Source: Peribolospora baueri (taxonomy: Eukaryota). Taken from it: a stretch of DNA of 64,000 bases. This document shows, in pieces, positions 27,785 to 41,100 of this stretch; the first letter of the stretch is position 1, and every line of letters starts with the position of its first letter. The notes under the pieces are model-generated. The model searched no databases and was not told where the DNA came from. It worked only from the letters and a program-made list of their open reading frames with translations. A program made the position numbers and the translations under genes. Location of the stretch: contig JAMDHS010000031.1 of NCBI GenBank assembly GCA_029717555.1, forward strand, positions 124,001 to 188,000, read 5' to 3'.

Positions 27785-30700
27785 ATGTCAAAGCAGGTGA
27801 CGCTAGGGTAAGTCGTGGCGGTAGTATGCCCTGGTCTGTAGCTGAACTCTCCTCTTGTGCTCACTATTCTCAGGAAATTCTTCAACAAGCCATCCAGTGC
27901 CAAGGCCAGCCCGCCTTTGAAGCGGCCAGTCCCGGCTGACGATGGCGAGGACAGCGACTGGGGAGAAAGCGAAGTGGACGAAGCTGAAGTGCAGGAGGTC
28001 GAGGAAGAAGATGTGGCAGAGGAGGAAGGAGAGAAGGAGCATGAGAATCTGTGAGCAGCATCATGCCAGGCCGACACTACCTTCAAAGTGCTAACACCGA
28101 CGGATGTCTTTCGGCAGCGCGGATATCTTCACACGAGATTACTCCGGGAAGCGAAAATCGGAGGCAGAGAGCACCTGGAAAGATGGTCAAGCGTGAGTGT
28201 CCACCTTGCGCCAAAAAATTACTGAAGCTCCGAAGACTTAGCAAACATTATTTTTGCTCGCCCCAGTGTTCCCTACGCGGCCGTTGCGGACACGTTCGGC
28301 AAGATCGAGAAGACGACAAAGCGCCTGGAGATCACCGAACATTTGACCACTTTCTTTGTAAAGGTCATTGATAGGAGCCCTGACGACCTACTCAAGGTTG
28401 TTTATCTGTGCATCAACCGGGTGAGGACCTTCTGCACATACGCCCTTTGGCTAGGTCACTTATCTAACCGTTTCTATTGCTCATCAAGCTCTGCCCGGAC
28501 TACGAAGGTCTTGAGCTCGGCATTGGCGAGTCGCTTCTTGTAAAGGCCATCAGCCAGTCGACAGGCCGCTCTGTCTTCAAAGTAAAAGAAGACCTTAAAT
28601 GCACCGGCGACCTTGGCAAAGTGGCTCAGGAGTCTCGCGGAAAGCAGCCTACGATGTTCAAGTCTGCCCCGCTCACTGTACCATTCGTCTTCAAGCACCT
28701 CAAAGAGATTGCGGCGACAGGTGGCAACAAGAGTCAGGACAAAAAGATTGGCATCATCAAAAAGCTTTTGGCCAGCTGCGTCGGAGAGGAACCCAAGTAC
28801 CTCATTCGAAGCTTGGAGGGCAAGCTACGGATCGGTCTGGCAGAAAGAACTGTTGTCGTTGCCCTCGCGCAGGCCTGTGTCATTGCGGAGCAGAAGAAAA
28901 GTGAAGGCTTTTTATCTTCCTATGACCAGATGTGTATTGAATGCTCACTTCAAGCTGTCTACGCGACCAGGTGGAAAGCGCGCTTCCAAAGAAGCTTTGG
29001 CTCAGCTTCTGGTGGATGGATCTACAACGGTCAAGGCTGTGTATAGGTGAGTTTGTTCGCAGGTAAACTTGCCTTAGCTTGCGTCTAACCAGCATCCAAC
29101 TTCCCCTAGTGAACTCCCATCGTACGATCTTGTCGTGCCTGCTCTTCTGAAATACGGTCTCTCTCATTTGAAAGAGCATTGCCGATTGACACCAGGCAAG
29201 TCACTTGAGTCAGGATTCCTCGGTAATGATTCGATAGATGAGTGTTAGCTTATTGTTCGTTTCTGCAGGCGTACCCTTGAAGCCAATGCTTGCCAAGCCG
29301 ACCAAGGCTATCACCGAAGTGCTCGACCGTTTCGAAGGCAGGAAATTCACCTGCGAATATAAGTATGATGGAGAGCGGGCTCAGGTGGGTCGTCCAAACT
29401 TTGGCGTCTGCCGTTACGTATCTGTGACCGTGCTCATTGTGTTACCCCCTCTTAGATCCATCGGCTCGATGATGGATCGATTCGAGTGTTTTGTGAGTTT
29501 CCACTGGACGGGCAGGTCGAACGTTCATGGCTGAAGAGCTCATTCATGGCGTTGCAACATTGACAGCCAGAAACAGCGAAGACATGAGCGTCAAGTACCC
29601 TGATTTGGTGGAGCAACTCCCAAGATGTGTCGCAGAAGGCGTTCAGTCGTTTGTTCTAGATGCCGAAGCCGTAGCGTGGGAGAAGAGCATCAAGGACGAC
29701 AAGACGAATGAGGTCAAGCCGGGCCGTTTACTGCCATTCCAGGAACTCAGCCGTAGGAAGAGAAAGGTGGGCAGACGAAGCGCCGGCCTCGTGTATTTGG
29801 AGTGGAAGGTTTGTGTCCTCGTTTTTTATTGAACTCATTTTCCTTTTTGCACCTCGCAGGACGTGAAAGCGGAAGACGTCACGGTCCGCGTCAAGATCCT
29901 TGGCTTTGACTTACTTTTCCTGAATGGAGAGGTGAGTTTGTCCAAGTAACCGTGGCTGGCCACGTCAACTGAATCACATGCGTTTGTATCCTCGTAGCCT
30001 TTGCTGGCGAAATCCCTTGAGGAGCGCCGAAAGCTCCTGTTCTCCAGCTTCCATGCGGTCGAAGACGAATTCGCATTCGCAGAGAGCCGAGACGCAATCT
30101 CCGTTGAGGAAATCCAAGCCTTTTTGGACGGTAAGCTCTGAGAGCACGCTCCAAGGATGACACTCAAGCTGACGCCTGCGACTTCTTCATCCCGCTCCCC
30201 TCAACTCAGCGGCGATGGCGATCGGTACAGAGGGCTTGATGGTGAAGCTATTGGACGGCGAAGGGAGCACTTACGAGCCTTCCCGACGGACCATCAACTG
30301 GCTCAAGGTGAGAAGGACATTTCGACCCCGAAAGGAGAGGAGGACGGTTCGAGTGCTGATGCACCACGCCGTTTCACAGCTCAAGAAGGACTACCTGACC
30401 GGTACGGGTGATTCCCTCGACCTTGTCGTCATTGGAGGTTATTACGGCAAAGGCAAGCGCACGTCTGTGTATGGCGCGTTTCTGCTCGCATGCTACGACC
30501 CGGATTCGGAGACGTATCAATCGATCTGCAAGATCGGCACGGGCTTTTCCGAGGCGGATCTCGAAGCGCACTACAAGACGCTCAAGGAGCTCGAAGTGTC
30601 GCAGAAGAAGGGGTACTACGACGTGGGGGATGCCAAGCCGGACGTCTATTTCGAGCCAAAGGTGGTCTGGGAAGTATTGACTGCTGACCTCAGTAGAAGT

Positions 30701-30996
30701 CCGGTCTACACCGCCGCCAAGGGTTTGGTTGGGGACAGGGGCATCTCGCTCCGTTTTCCTCGCTTCATCCGCATTCGTGACGACAAGAGTCCCGAAGATG
30801 CGACGACACCGATGCAAGTGGGTCACCGATGCCTTGCTTTTCTTGCCGATTTATGCCGTCGCACTGATTGAAGTGCCCCGTTGTTCCATGCCGTCAGGTT
30901 GCGGATTTCTATCGCGCTCAGGTCAGCGCCGGTCCGCCGGCTGCCAAGAGGAGGAAAATCGGAGGGGATGGTGACGATGATGAGGACATATACTAG
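27785..30996 (+). CDS. CDC9: DNA ligase I, multi-exon
   Basis: [48 protein letters not shown], adenylation motif [42 protein letters not shown] at 30994-30996. Confidence 0.96.
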
Positions 30997-31194
30997 TTCC
31001 GTATCTGTACTGCCCGTGTCACACACACCGTTCGAACTAGACTGATGGCGCCTAATCGAGATCAGCCACGAAGCTGGGCGAGGAGCGGCACGAGAAGAAA
31101 CACGCCGCAGCCGCAGTTCGTTGAGATCAGGTCAAAGATCGGTTCCTCGTCCCGTCCACCATCATCGCCCGGTTGGCCTCTGCCTGGCAACACC

Positions 31195-32139
31195 ATGGCG
31201 TCCTCCTCGACACTCTCGACCTTTGGCGTGGCGTGCATGCGGTTACTGTCTCGATCGAGCCCGATGGTGCTGTCGAGCAGAGCGCCAAGCCGCGTTACGA
31301 GTCGGCTCTTTGACGGTGCTCGGGCCGCCTCGTCGTCCTCTTCGTCGTCGTCGCCGTCCCCGTCGCCTTCCGACAAAAACGACATGGACTCATCATCCCT
31401 GGATCCAGCGCTCGCCCAGTCCATTACTGGCTCGCATACCAAAATCCCCGCTGCGTTTCTCGCCGTCCCCGTCGTCCCTCGAACCCACTCCGTTCACGTC
31501 GCCACTCTTCACTTGCGCTGCTATGGCGACACCCTCCCCAACCTCGACTTTTTCGTCGACTTTGCCCGTCGCGTGGCCCACGCCCTGGGCATCCCCTGCT
31601 CGGACGTGGCCTATTTGCCGACGCAAATCAGCCGATGGACAGTTCCTCGCTCTCCGTTCGTCCACAAGAAGAGCCAGGAAAATTTCGAGAGGCGGACACA
31701 CAAGAGGGCGCTCAAGCTGTGGGACGCGGATGAGGAGGTGGTGGACAGGTTCATGCTCTTTCTCCGCCTCCACGCCATGCCGGGCCTTGGCATGAAGGCC
31801 CAGATCTTCCGGCATCGCGAGCTCGGAGTTGGGGAGCGTATGCTCGCCGAGGCCAAGGCGGAGCAGAGGTCTTTGGACGAGCCAGGCACGGCCGCGAGTG
31901 ACGCTTCGGAGAAGTTGACCGAGGCCGACCTGCTTCCATCCTCTACCGGTCCTGCGAGCCCTCAGGAGGTCGAGGAGGAGGTACGGCGTTTGGCGGATCA
32001 GTTCGTCGCTTCAGAGATGGCTGCTGAGGCGAGGGAGGACGAGGGGCGTGCGGAGGAGAACGTGGAGAGGAATACTGGCGCGGAATCGTCGAAGGCAGAG
32101 AAGGCGGGTAGCAAGCAAGGTGGTGAAGAGGGCCGATGA
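31195..32139 (+). CDS. RSM10: Mitochondrial ribosomal protein uS10m, single exon
   Basis: S/R-rich presequence; LDFFVDFARRVAHALGIP...LPTQISRWTVPRSPFVHKKSQENFERRTHKRALKLWD. An upstream in-frame ATG at 31045 is an alternative start. Confidence 0.92.
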   Translation: MASSSTLSTFGVACMRLLSRSSPMVLSSRAPSRVTSRLFDGARAASSSSSSSSPSPSPSDKNDMDSSSLDPALAQSITGSHTKIPAAFLAVPVVPRTHSVHVATLHLRCYGDTLPNLDFFVDFARRVAHALGIPCSDVAYLPTQISRWTVPRSPFVHKKSQENFERRTHKRALKLWDADEEVVDRFMLFLRLHAMPGLGMKAQIFRHRELGVGERMLAEAKAEQRSLDEPGTAASDASEKLTEADLLPSSTGPASPQEVEEEVRRLADQFVASEMAAEAREDEGRAEENVERNTGAESSKAEKAGSKQGGEEGR

Positions 32140-32651
32140 GCGGTCATGTTGCGTACCAACCATCGAAGGACTGGAAAGTGTTTCGCAGACCTCATATACG
32201 GTCCACGGAATACACAATCGATCAACATTTATCGAAAAGGATAGGCTCGATACAGAAAAGAACTGGGACTGTTATAACATGGCTGTGGAGTGAGAGGCAG
32301 AAGTACAGGAATGAGGGGAGGCGGTGGTCAAAGAACAAGCGTAAATCGAGATCAGAGACAGGGGAAAAATATGAGCTAGGAGAGTGACGATAAGGAGCGA
32401 CAGTGGTAAAGCGCACGAAGGGAACGGAGCGAACAGAGGGAGGCGAAGGAAAAAGTGACGGAGCTACATCGCTGACGGCCTAAAAACACAGAAGTCATGA
32501 GGAAGAGGGGATACATGGAGAGGTGAAGGCGAAGAGACACGATAAGTCGGCTTCGATGTTCGAAATTGGAAAGAAATGACGGCATAGAAGCCGGCCGAGG
32601 TAGGCCGGCCCAAACAATGTCGGCTTGGGATCGAGTCGGTAAACTGGATGC

Positions 32652-35580
32652 TCACTCGGGCATGCCGAGGACAGCAAGAGTGGCAAAAGTGCTCACGCCT
32701 CCAACTAGCGCGCCGCAAACAGCGGCAGTGAACGCGCCGAGGCGGCGGCGCTTCTGAGCTCGACGGTCCTCTTTGGCTACGGCCAGAGGAATCGTAGCGG
32801 CAGCGTCCGAAGTGGGAACGGCAAGGGCATCTGACGACGAAGCGGCGGCGGCGGTTGACAATGAAGAGGTGACAGCCTCTTCGCCAATGCTGACGTCGAA
32901 CTTGCGCTTCTGAGCCCGTGAGCCAGATACCTCCGCTTCGCCCTCAACGCCGGTCTGCGAGGCGACTTCCGCGACTTGGGCCTTGGCCTTGGCCACAGCG
33001 ACGGCGCTGAGGGCCTCGGAAGTGGCGGCACGAAGGGCGTCTACCTGATCGGAAAATGCAAGTCTGGCGTGTTCAAGCGCCGTCACACGTGCAACCTCCT
33101 CGAGACGGAACCCTTCGACCATCTTCTGGGCCTGAGCGATGAGAACCGTTATTCAGTAGTTGACGCGCCGGATTTGGCAATCGACAAGAGAACTCACATC
33201 GTACAGGTCCATCGCCTCGCGATGCATGAAAAAGGCATCACAGGAGCTGGGGGCGCGATCTTCGCTTGCTTCAAGGCGCTCGTACATCTCGTCCTGATTC
33301 AGGGGTGGCGAAAGAGATCGTCACTAGGGCCTTCCTATCCGACACCGTTCCGGGACAACTCACGGCAACGGCCTTGGAAAATGCCTTGAGATCTAGGTTG
33401 GAGCCCTTTGCGAAAAGGTTGGCCCCAAGAGTCTCATGGGCGTTCGTCTTTGCTTCTTCCTCCTCGCCTTCCTCCTCGTCCTCATCCTCGTCCTCATCCT
33501 CGTCCTCATCCTCGTCCTCATCCTCGTCCTCATCCTCGTCCTCACCGTCCTCCTCTTCTACTTCCCCATCGTCCTCCTGTTCTTCATAGACTCCATTCTC
33601 ATCGTCCTCCTCGTCCTCACCCATCTCATCGCTCTCCTCAAATTTGACGTTGTTCAAGAATACCGAGCGGGGCACCCCTGGGTAGATCTTTTGAAGGACA
33701 TCAGCGATATCATTCTTGTCGCTGAAGGGCCCAACCTTGCAAAGCTCCTTGCCGAGAGGGCCTCGAATCCACTCAAGCTCTTCATGGATCGTCTTGAGGA
33801 CGTCCTCGGTCTCGGTGGAGACGTCAAGCTGGGAGGAGCCACTCTCGGACTCGTCATCAACGATGCTCGTGTTGTCGCTGGACTCTGACCCTCCTTCGTC
33901 ATCTTCATAATCACTGAGAACTTCATCCTCGGGCTCCAGTTCCTCGTCACCAGCAAGGAGCATCCTGATCGAAGGTCTGAAGGGTTCGGGTGCGTCCGAG
34001 TTCATGTCCGAGTCGACGTATTCATCCGCCTGTCCGTGGTCGGCCTCAGCCTCTTCTTCGTCGTCTCCCACTTCGATGACCGACGTCCCGGACTCGGCCT
34101 CCAACCGGATGGCCTCTTCGACGCTCGGGCCTTGAGCCTGACCATGTTCGCTGGCGTAGCTCCTACGCTGATCGTCGGCACCGCCATTATCGTCATCATC
34201 GATTTGGATTGGTGCATCGGCCCTTCCCTGTGGCCTGTCATTGATGCTGTTCGATTTACCGGCTGGATTGCTCTGATCTTCCTCCTGGCCGTCGGCCACG
34301 GGACTCTCGGCGAGATAAGAGTCGGTGACGCCAAACTTGCGTCCCGGCGACCGGCTGCGAGATGCCCTGTGGGGAGCCATCAATCACTTGGCGACGATGA
34401 GCACACTATTCATCTCTCCAGAACGTCGTCGGCAGAGTAAAACGTACAAAGGGCTGGACGAGGTCTTATTGATTAGCTCGACGGTGGCTTCGATGCAGCA
34501 AAACATCTCTGAAACAGTGTAGAAACAACATGTCAACGCGGCCCAAACGGTGCCTTCCCATGAATTCGTCAGGAGAGCAAAGAACTCACGATCTCCTTTC
34601 TTGACGTCATGACCGACAATGAAGACGTCTCCATCTTTGAGCTGATGAAGGAAATTGTGCACGACACATTAAAACGGCAACTTGCAGGCAAAATAATTGA
34701 TCTGCTCGGTGGAATGACGTTTCCTTACCTGAGTGGCAACGCGCTTGCCGGTCTGCCTAGCCGGGTTCTTGCCTCGCCTGAGGGAGATGCCATGGGACGA
34801 GTTCCAATCGGTGATGTAGACCTGCCAAGGCAGGATGGGCAAGCAAAGAAATAAAGACCTAGTGAGCAAACGATCAACTATTCGCGGGCGGCCGCTCACC
34901 TTTCCACCTTTGAATTCGATTTGTGCATGCTCCCGGCTGACGACGGCGCTGTTGAGATATCCGTTGTTCCAGCGTGGGGCGCGACGAGGGTCGCTAGTGG
35001 AAGCACGGGAGAGCATGACCTTCCTCCCCTCTTCGTAAATGTAGTACTTGGTATCCACGCGCCCAGGAGGCCATGTCGTCTGGCGATAGGAGAGACGGAG
35101 AGCGCAGAGGGCTGGTCGTGTGAAAGAAAATCCGGTCAGTCGTACACGAAGGAGTGGGTCGAGTAGGGCTGTGAACGTCGCAAAGCTTACTCTCGCATTG
35201 CTAGGTATGAGTTACAGAAGAAAAGGGGATGTGAGCATATAACAAAAAGGGCCCGCTCAACCCATCGATCTCATGACAGGAGAACTATCGCCCACCTTGC
35301 GCCCCTCGCCCTCCTTGATCCCCTCCCTGGACTTGATAGGGCTCTTTCCGTCCTCAGAAGAAGACTCGCTGGTATCGCCATGGAGCTCGGGGCTCGAACC
35401 CCTGAGCTGCTGGTGGTGAGCGTTGAAATCGGCAGGCGTTCTGACCTTGACATCCGGACCGGCGGGCGCGGAGGCGCTGGACACGGAAGGCAGATAGACT
35501 CTGAAGAGGTCGGCGTCGGGGAGCGCCATCCTGAGATCGGGGAGTTTCACGGTCGAAGGCGAATCAAAATCGTCGGACAT
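32652..35580 (-). CDS. FHA-domain protein with long acidic region and C-terminal hydrophobic tail, multi-exon
   Basis: FHA-like VMLSRAST...NNGYLNSAVVSREHAQIEF|VYITDWNSSHGISL...LKDGDVFIVG; D/E-rich middle; C-terminus RRLGAFTAAVCGALVGGVSTFATLAVLGMPE. The 5' exon structure is uncertain. Confidence 0.7.
33472..33543. repeat. Coding 12-bp tandem repeat (about 6 copies) encoding poly-(ED)
   Basis: (TCCTCGTCCTCA)n on the plus strand gives EDEDEDED on the minus strand. Confidence 0.9.
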
Positions 35581-36456
35581 GCGGCGTATAAAGAGGTGAA
35601 GGACGGGCTGCCTCGACGGAGATGTGAGAGGGGGTGCCCCGGTCGTCGACTAGGGCAGGAGGGAGGAGGAGTGGGGGATGGAGTACCGGTGGGGAAGGCG
35701 GGTGGGCGTGCTGAGGAGAAGAGGAGCAAAAAAGGCGAGAGGGTGAAAAAGAGGAGACGGGGAGGTGATGGGAGGTGATGGTGGCGCGGACGATTGATTG
35801 ACCAGTCCCGCGGCGGCCCCTCTCCGGCCGTCATCGGCTCGATGCTGACTTGACCGTCCCCGCCCCGCCGGACCACGAGCTAACGGGTGATCAGGTGACG
35901 ACACGTGGTCTGTTTCAGCAGGCGTACCGAAAGCCGTGCCTTTTGTGGTGACAAGGCACGATTGGGACGGCCGGTCACTGCATCGCGGACGGCCTGTCCA
36001 GACGAGGGAGGTCAGATCGATACGAGTTGGAGTGATGTGACCCGTCCGCCAATGTGTACCTCCTTAGCCGAGAATAGCCTGTTCTGTAAGTACGGTCTCG
36101 TTAGAACCTTGCGCGCACGCAGATGGGCTCGAGCCGTCCCAATCCCCTCGCGGTCCGTGCGCGACCCGAACCACGTCTCGGCCGCAGCGGCTGTGTGTGG
36201 GCGCTAGTGGGCGGGTGCTCATAACAAAGTCCCCCGGCGTTGGGTTAGGGTAACGGACGTGTGCCCATAACAGAAGTGCAAGGAAGTGGTCAAAGGGAGC
36301 TGGCGCCGACGTGTCTCCTCTTTGTAGCGTGTATCATCCTCAAGGACTAACAGGTGGCTTTTGCTGGAGCCACCTCACATCGACCTTTGTGCGGTGCTCT
36401 CTACGACATACGCGAGGATTAACTCAAGGCTCTAGATGTCGCCTACTGTACTGTGC

Positions 36457-37613
36457 TCACATCACGTAGGGTTTAGATTGAAGGGTAACAGGGCCGGCAT
36501 TGGTAGAGGCTTTGCAGTGTTGTGGGATTCCGGCCTTCGTCGCTGACTCCGAACAACGCGATGGTCCGCGTCCACGGGTCAACCTCCCGCGCAGCGCACG
36601 CCGCGACTCCTTTTGTTCTTGCCAAGGTTGGACACTGCTCGTCCGTCGCACTTGGTCTTCTCAGCCGGCCATGCGCATGGGATAGCTGCAACCGCATGCA
36701 GGATCTGTCGGTATTTCCTTCGGGGCACTGTCGACCGTCCTCGGTGTTCGAATATCCTCGTTTTATCGACGAGTTCCATCGTGCACATCCTCACACTCTG
36801 TCACGATCTCTTGTTAGCACTCGCCGGGAAACTAACAGAAAACACAAGTCTGCTAACTACTCGTTGTATGCGCCGAGCCTCCTTTGATGAACTGACTAGA
36901 TTGTACGCCCTCCATGGCACCGGCACGAGTTTGCAGAGCGTTTTCCAGGTCACTGACGTGCTTGGGCCGCTTGATATGCCTTTCCAGGGTCATCTCGACC
37001 GCCCGTCGTAGGTCCGACATGCCGGTAGCGCACGTGCAACGCATTGCCCAGGCTGGTAAGGCGCTGGGGTCGGTCGGGATGCCCGTCGGGAGTGTCGAGC
37101 GCTTGCCGCTGGTTCGAGATGGAAGCCTCGAGGTCCTTGAGGGCTGCTCACGATCGTGTAGCCCCAGTAAAAGAGCGACGCCGGCGACGGCTCGGCGGGC
37201 GGTACGTCGCACTCGAGACGTGGAACCCCGTGGGCGTCCTGTGCCAACTGGATGGACGCCTCTGAGTCAGGCCGGTACGTCCTCACGACGTCCCGCAGCG
37301 TCGCAGCTGCCCAAGCCGTATCTCCGGAGTAGTCTCGTTGATACCTCAGGAGGCCTTGCATGAGAGCGGTAGGCGAGTCAAAGGCGCATTGACGCAAGTA
37401 AAAGGTCGCCTTTTGGGCATTGGGCTTGAGGTCCTCTGCTCTGTGACAGGCGTCAAGGGACGACGGGTCAAGGTCAAACGGCGATGTGACCAAGGCGAGG
37501 CCGAGGCGGCGGATGCGGTGGTCGACCTTGGTCCAGATGCTATCGGCGGCATTCGAACGAACCGAAAGAGTTATTCTCTTCCTACCTCCTAAACAAGTGG
37601 TGGGAACATTCAT
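36457..37613 (-). pseudogene. Orphan ORF or possibly frameshifted gene remnant of unknown family
   Basis: 207-aa ORF 36990-37613 with protein-like composition (KATFYLRQCAF...LFYWGYTIVSSPQ). Overlapping continuation occurs in other frames, and a pyrimidine-rich leader lies upstream. No family recognised. Confidence 0.3.
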
Positions 37614-38195
37614 TCATTTATTCTCCGACGACCGGACGCGTCCGATCGACGTCCAGCTGTGGGCGATGTGTCTCCCGAGAAGGAGAAGAACAGAGAGTAG
37701 TGCGGCGTTTGTGCGTGAGGAGCGGACAGAAGAGAAAGAAAGGGAGAAAGAAGAAAAGGGACGACCGGGAAGAATAAAGTGTGGTCGTCCCTCTACCTTT
37801 CCATCTTCTGTACCACATGCCTTCCTGCACTATAAATCCCTAACAGCTACGTGTCAATGAATTATTGCTTGGCTTCATTTAGGAAGCCGGGTACTCTTGT
37901 TACCCAGGCCTCTCTATCATCTCGAGCAACTCGCCGCCTTGTCTCAGGCACCTCGATCAAAAACATTTCGAAATGACTTCGTTTGATCGTTCGAGAATTT
38001 CCGCCCTATGACCGGACCCTATTTAAAAACGTCGCGTCCTTGCCATGATGCATTGCGACCAAGAGTGGCAGGAAAATAAGCTACAGGGAGATAGAGACGT
38101 GCGAGGAAGGAAGGGGAATGACCGAAAGGAACGCGAGACGACAAGAAGCCAGAGTATTCCGCCGGCAGAGCATAGATGATTCGGCCTGGAATCGA

Positions 38196-41100
38196 TCAAG
38201 CGATCATCGCTGTCGATGGCCCAAGGGCTAGGGTAGGATTCGTATCCATAGGAGAAACAGTCTCCACGACCCCGTTGCTCGGCCCTGGCTTCAGTCCATG
38301 CACGACACCTGCCGACTCACCGCTGCCGGTTGCGGCGGCAGTAGCTGCGGCAGCGGCTGCAGTCGAGGATGACAGTAAGCCGGTAACATACTCCTCGATG
38401 GCGGGTAGAGAGGCACGAAGGAGTCGCAGCGCCGACGGCTCCTCTGAAATGGAGATGACAATAGATGGATGGCAGGATCGGTCAGTGCTCGGGCGGTCAG
38501 ATGGTCGCTTGTGCACGGACGGGCAAAGGCAATGCGACTTGGCAAACCCACCAGAACGCTCCGTCTTGCCCAATCGTCGGCCGAACCGTGCTTGCTCCTC
38601 GAACACATACAGAGGATGGTCTCGCGGGCAAATCACCTTGGAATGCTACATTGTGAGGGACGCGTTGAAGCGACGAGAACGTGGTGAGTTTTGTGATCTA
38701 TTGGTTGGGAACGTGGGGCGAAAATTTCGTAGCATCGCGCTGTCTTACCGTGTAATACCACCGTTTCAGTTGATCCCGATCCCTCTGCACCAACGGGATC
38801 GTGTTCTGACCGAGCACTTGGATGACTCCTACGACTTTGCTCATCACAGCTGATCGGAAGAGGAAGAAAAAACAGGGTAAGAGTGAACAGAGATAGAGAA
38901 AAGGAAAAGCGAGGTCAGCTGCGAGAACAGAGAGATCGTGGCACGAATGAAACAAGTTGATTAAGCGCACCCCTTTCATTGACAATGTCCATGACCGCCG
39001 CACAGCCGCTGCCATGGCCAATGAGGACCACCTGCTCGGCGTCGGACAACCTACACGACGAAAGCCACGTACATAGACGATATGACGGTCGTTAGAAACT
39101 GAATGTAGCTAGGCAATGCTGCTTGTTTCACAAGGTCGACTGCAGGACCTCACTCACTCGACGTAGTTGTCCCAAACATACAGCGCCAAGTCCCTCATTG
39201 CGTTTTGCTTCGGTGATCGCTTCGCCCGTGGCGCCGGTATCTTCAGTATCAAATGACCTGTGAACACAAAGCGTCTATGGACAAGAAGACGATGATGAAC
39301 AGAAACTCTCACCAATGGCGCAGCAACTGGCAGGTGGGCGTGAATATTAACGTCAATGAGCTCCCAACCGCCCGTGGCGCGAATCCAGTCGATGAGAGAG
39401 CTCGACGTGTCGATCTGAGGTAGTCCAAACGACGTCAGAAGCAAATCGGAAGAGGGATTGGCGGTGTGAGATTCTGAAGGGCTGACTGCACCCGTCGAGA
39501 CGCACCATATACGACTTCTCGAACTGGATGTTAGTCGTCAATGCTGGCCTTTCGGCTCGTATGCTCCCACTGGGCGTCGATTGGCCCAGCGAAGCAGTGA
39601 AAGCACCGCGAGCGAATGAGTGAGAATAAAATCCAAAAGAAGGTTCATAATTAGAGCGAGGATCCGGGTTGAACTCACAGGTCGTGAATGAAGACAAAAA
39701 GCGTCTTTGCTGAGTACGGGTCTTCACTGCGTGCGTCCAAGAGGGGAGCAGGACGGATGAACGCGGGCCTGCATCATGAAGAACGAGCAGCTACAGGGCA
39801 CAAGCTCCAGGATACTCACGTACAAAGCACCTGGCCATAAAAGGATGCGCACAGGCCGTCGTCCACAATGGGAATCTCCTGCATTCTGTACTTTTGGAAC
39901 AAGTGGTCCGCTCGGTGCGCTTTGAGGAGATCTACGAGGTTGGACGATGTAGGGGCAATGTGAAGGCGATGAGTACGCAGAACGCTCGTGAGATCCGCGC
40001 TGAAGAGGGGCAGTGGATGCGCTTGGGGAAGGTAGAGAATACCGTAACATCGGAAATCACTCACCCGGCAAGGTCCAGACGGTCCCATCACTCCTCGCTT
40101 CCACCAGCTCCTTCGGCTCGAGCGCCTTCGCGTCGATGCATTTCCAATATCGGTCCTGAACTAGCGCCACCTGATGGACCGTCTCCGTGCCGGCGGCCGA
40201 GGCGACAAAGTGACCCGGGCCGACCTCCTCAGGCGGCTCGCCTAGCAGGACCCGTGTGCAGGCGAGGGCAGACGTGGCAATCGCTTCGAGGTTGTATCCT
40301 CCCTGCATCGAGGAGCAGGAAGGAAGAGGTGGAGGATTGCCCTTTCATCAGGATATATGGTCACGTGCCGTCAAAGTGCGTGCACTAGCCGAGATGCTCA
40401 CCTCGAGAGAGATGACGAGCTTTCCCTTGGCCAGACTGGAAAGCATATGCGTCATATGGCTATATCCTGCCGGTGTGACTTTGCACCCACCAAGCGTATC
40501 TCTCTCTGCCGCATCAAAGCCAGCAGATACTGAAGAGCAAAGCGGACGGGACAGAAGGCCCAGCGACACAAAGCGCAGGTGAGCAGACGGACCGTCAAAT
40601 GTAGGCAAAGCTTAGGATACACACTGATGACCATGTCGGGTGCGAACTCGTAAGCTATTGGCATGATGATCTGCTGGAACGCGTAGATGTAATCACCGTC
40701 GCCCATGCCCTCATGCGGCCAAGGAACATTGACGCAACTGAATGGAAATGTCCGGCAAGCAGGTAAGCACAAATCAGCCAAACGTATCCGGCTCAACACA
40801 CGTGGCCTCGTTGTGAAAAACTCGAGGACAACCCAGTTGGTTGGTCGATGGACTACTCACAACCCTTCTCCCGAACCCACGCCCGCCATGTCCGCGCCAC
40901 CGAAGGTGGTACTGGGGTAGAATGTGCCGTTGTCATACCTGTGCAAGGACATGTAGAGCACGTCCGGATCTGCCCAAAACGCTTTTTGGGTACCGTTTCC
41001 TGGAAAAGGGTAAAAATATGAAAGAGGAATATTTGTTCATTCGTGTTTATGCCTGAGCGAACTTGGATGAATGAGGAAGCGATTCGTACCATGGTGTACA

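Noticed and set aside
35191..35200. Possible 10-nt microexon (TAG|CAATGCGAGA|GTAAGC) in the first FHA-gene intron
   Set aside because: Direct phase-0 splicing from the upstream exon already restores the frame. Inclusion needs a different start or gives a frameshift, so it cannot be decided without RNA data.
36242..36251. GGGTTAGGGT (ACCCTAACCC on the minus strand) as a telomerase RNA template or interstitial telomere
   Set aside because: A single 10-mer of any telomere-repeat permutation is expected roughly once per 64 kb by chance. No Emi1-like host ORF (as in the Ustilago telomerase RNA precursor) or other support was seen.
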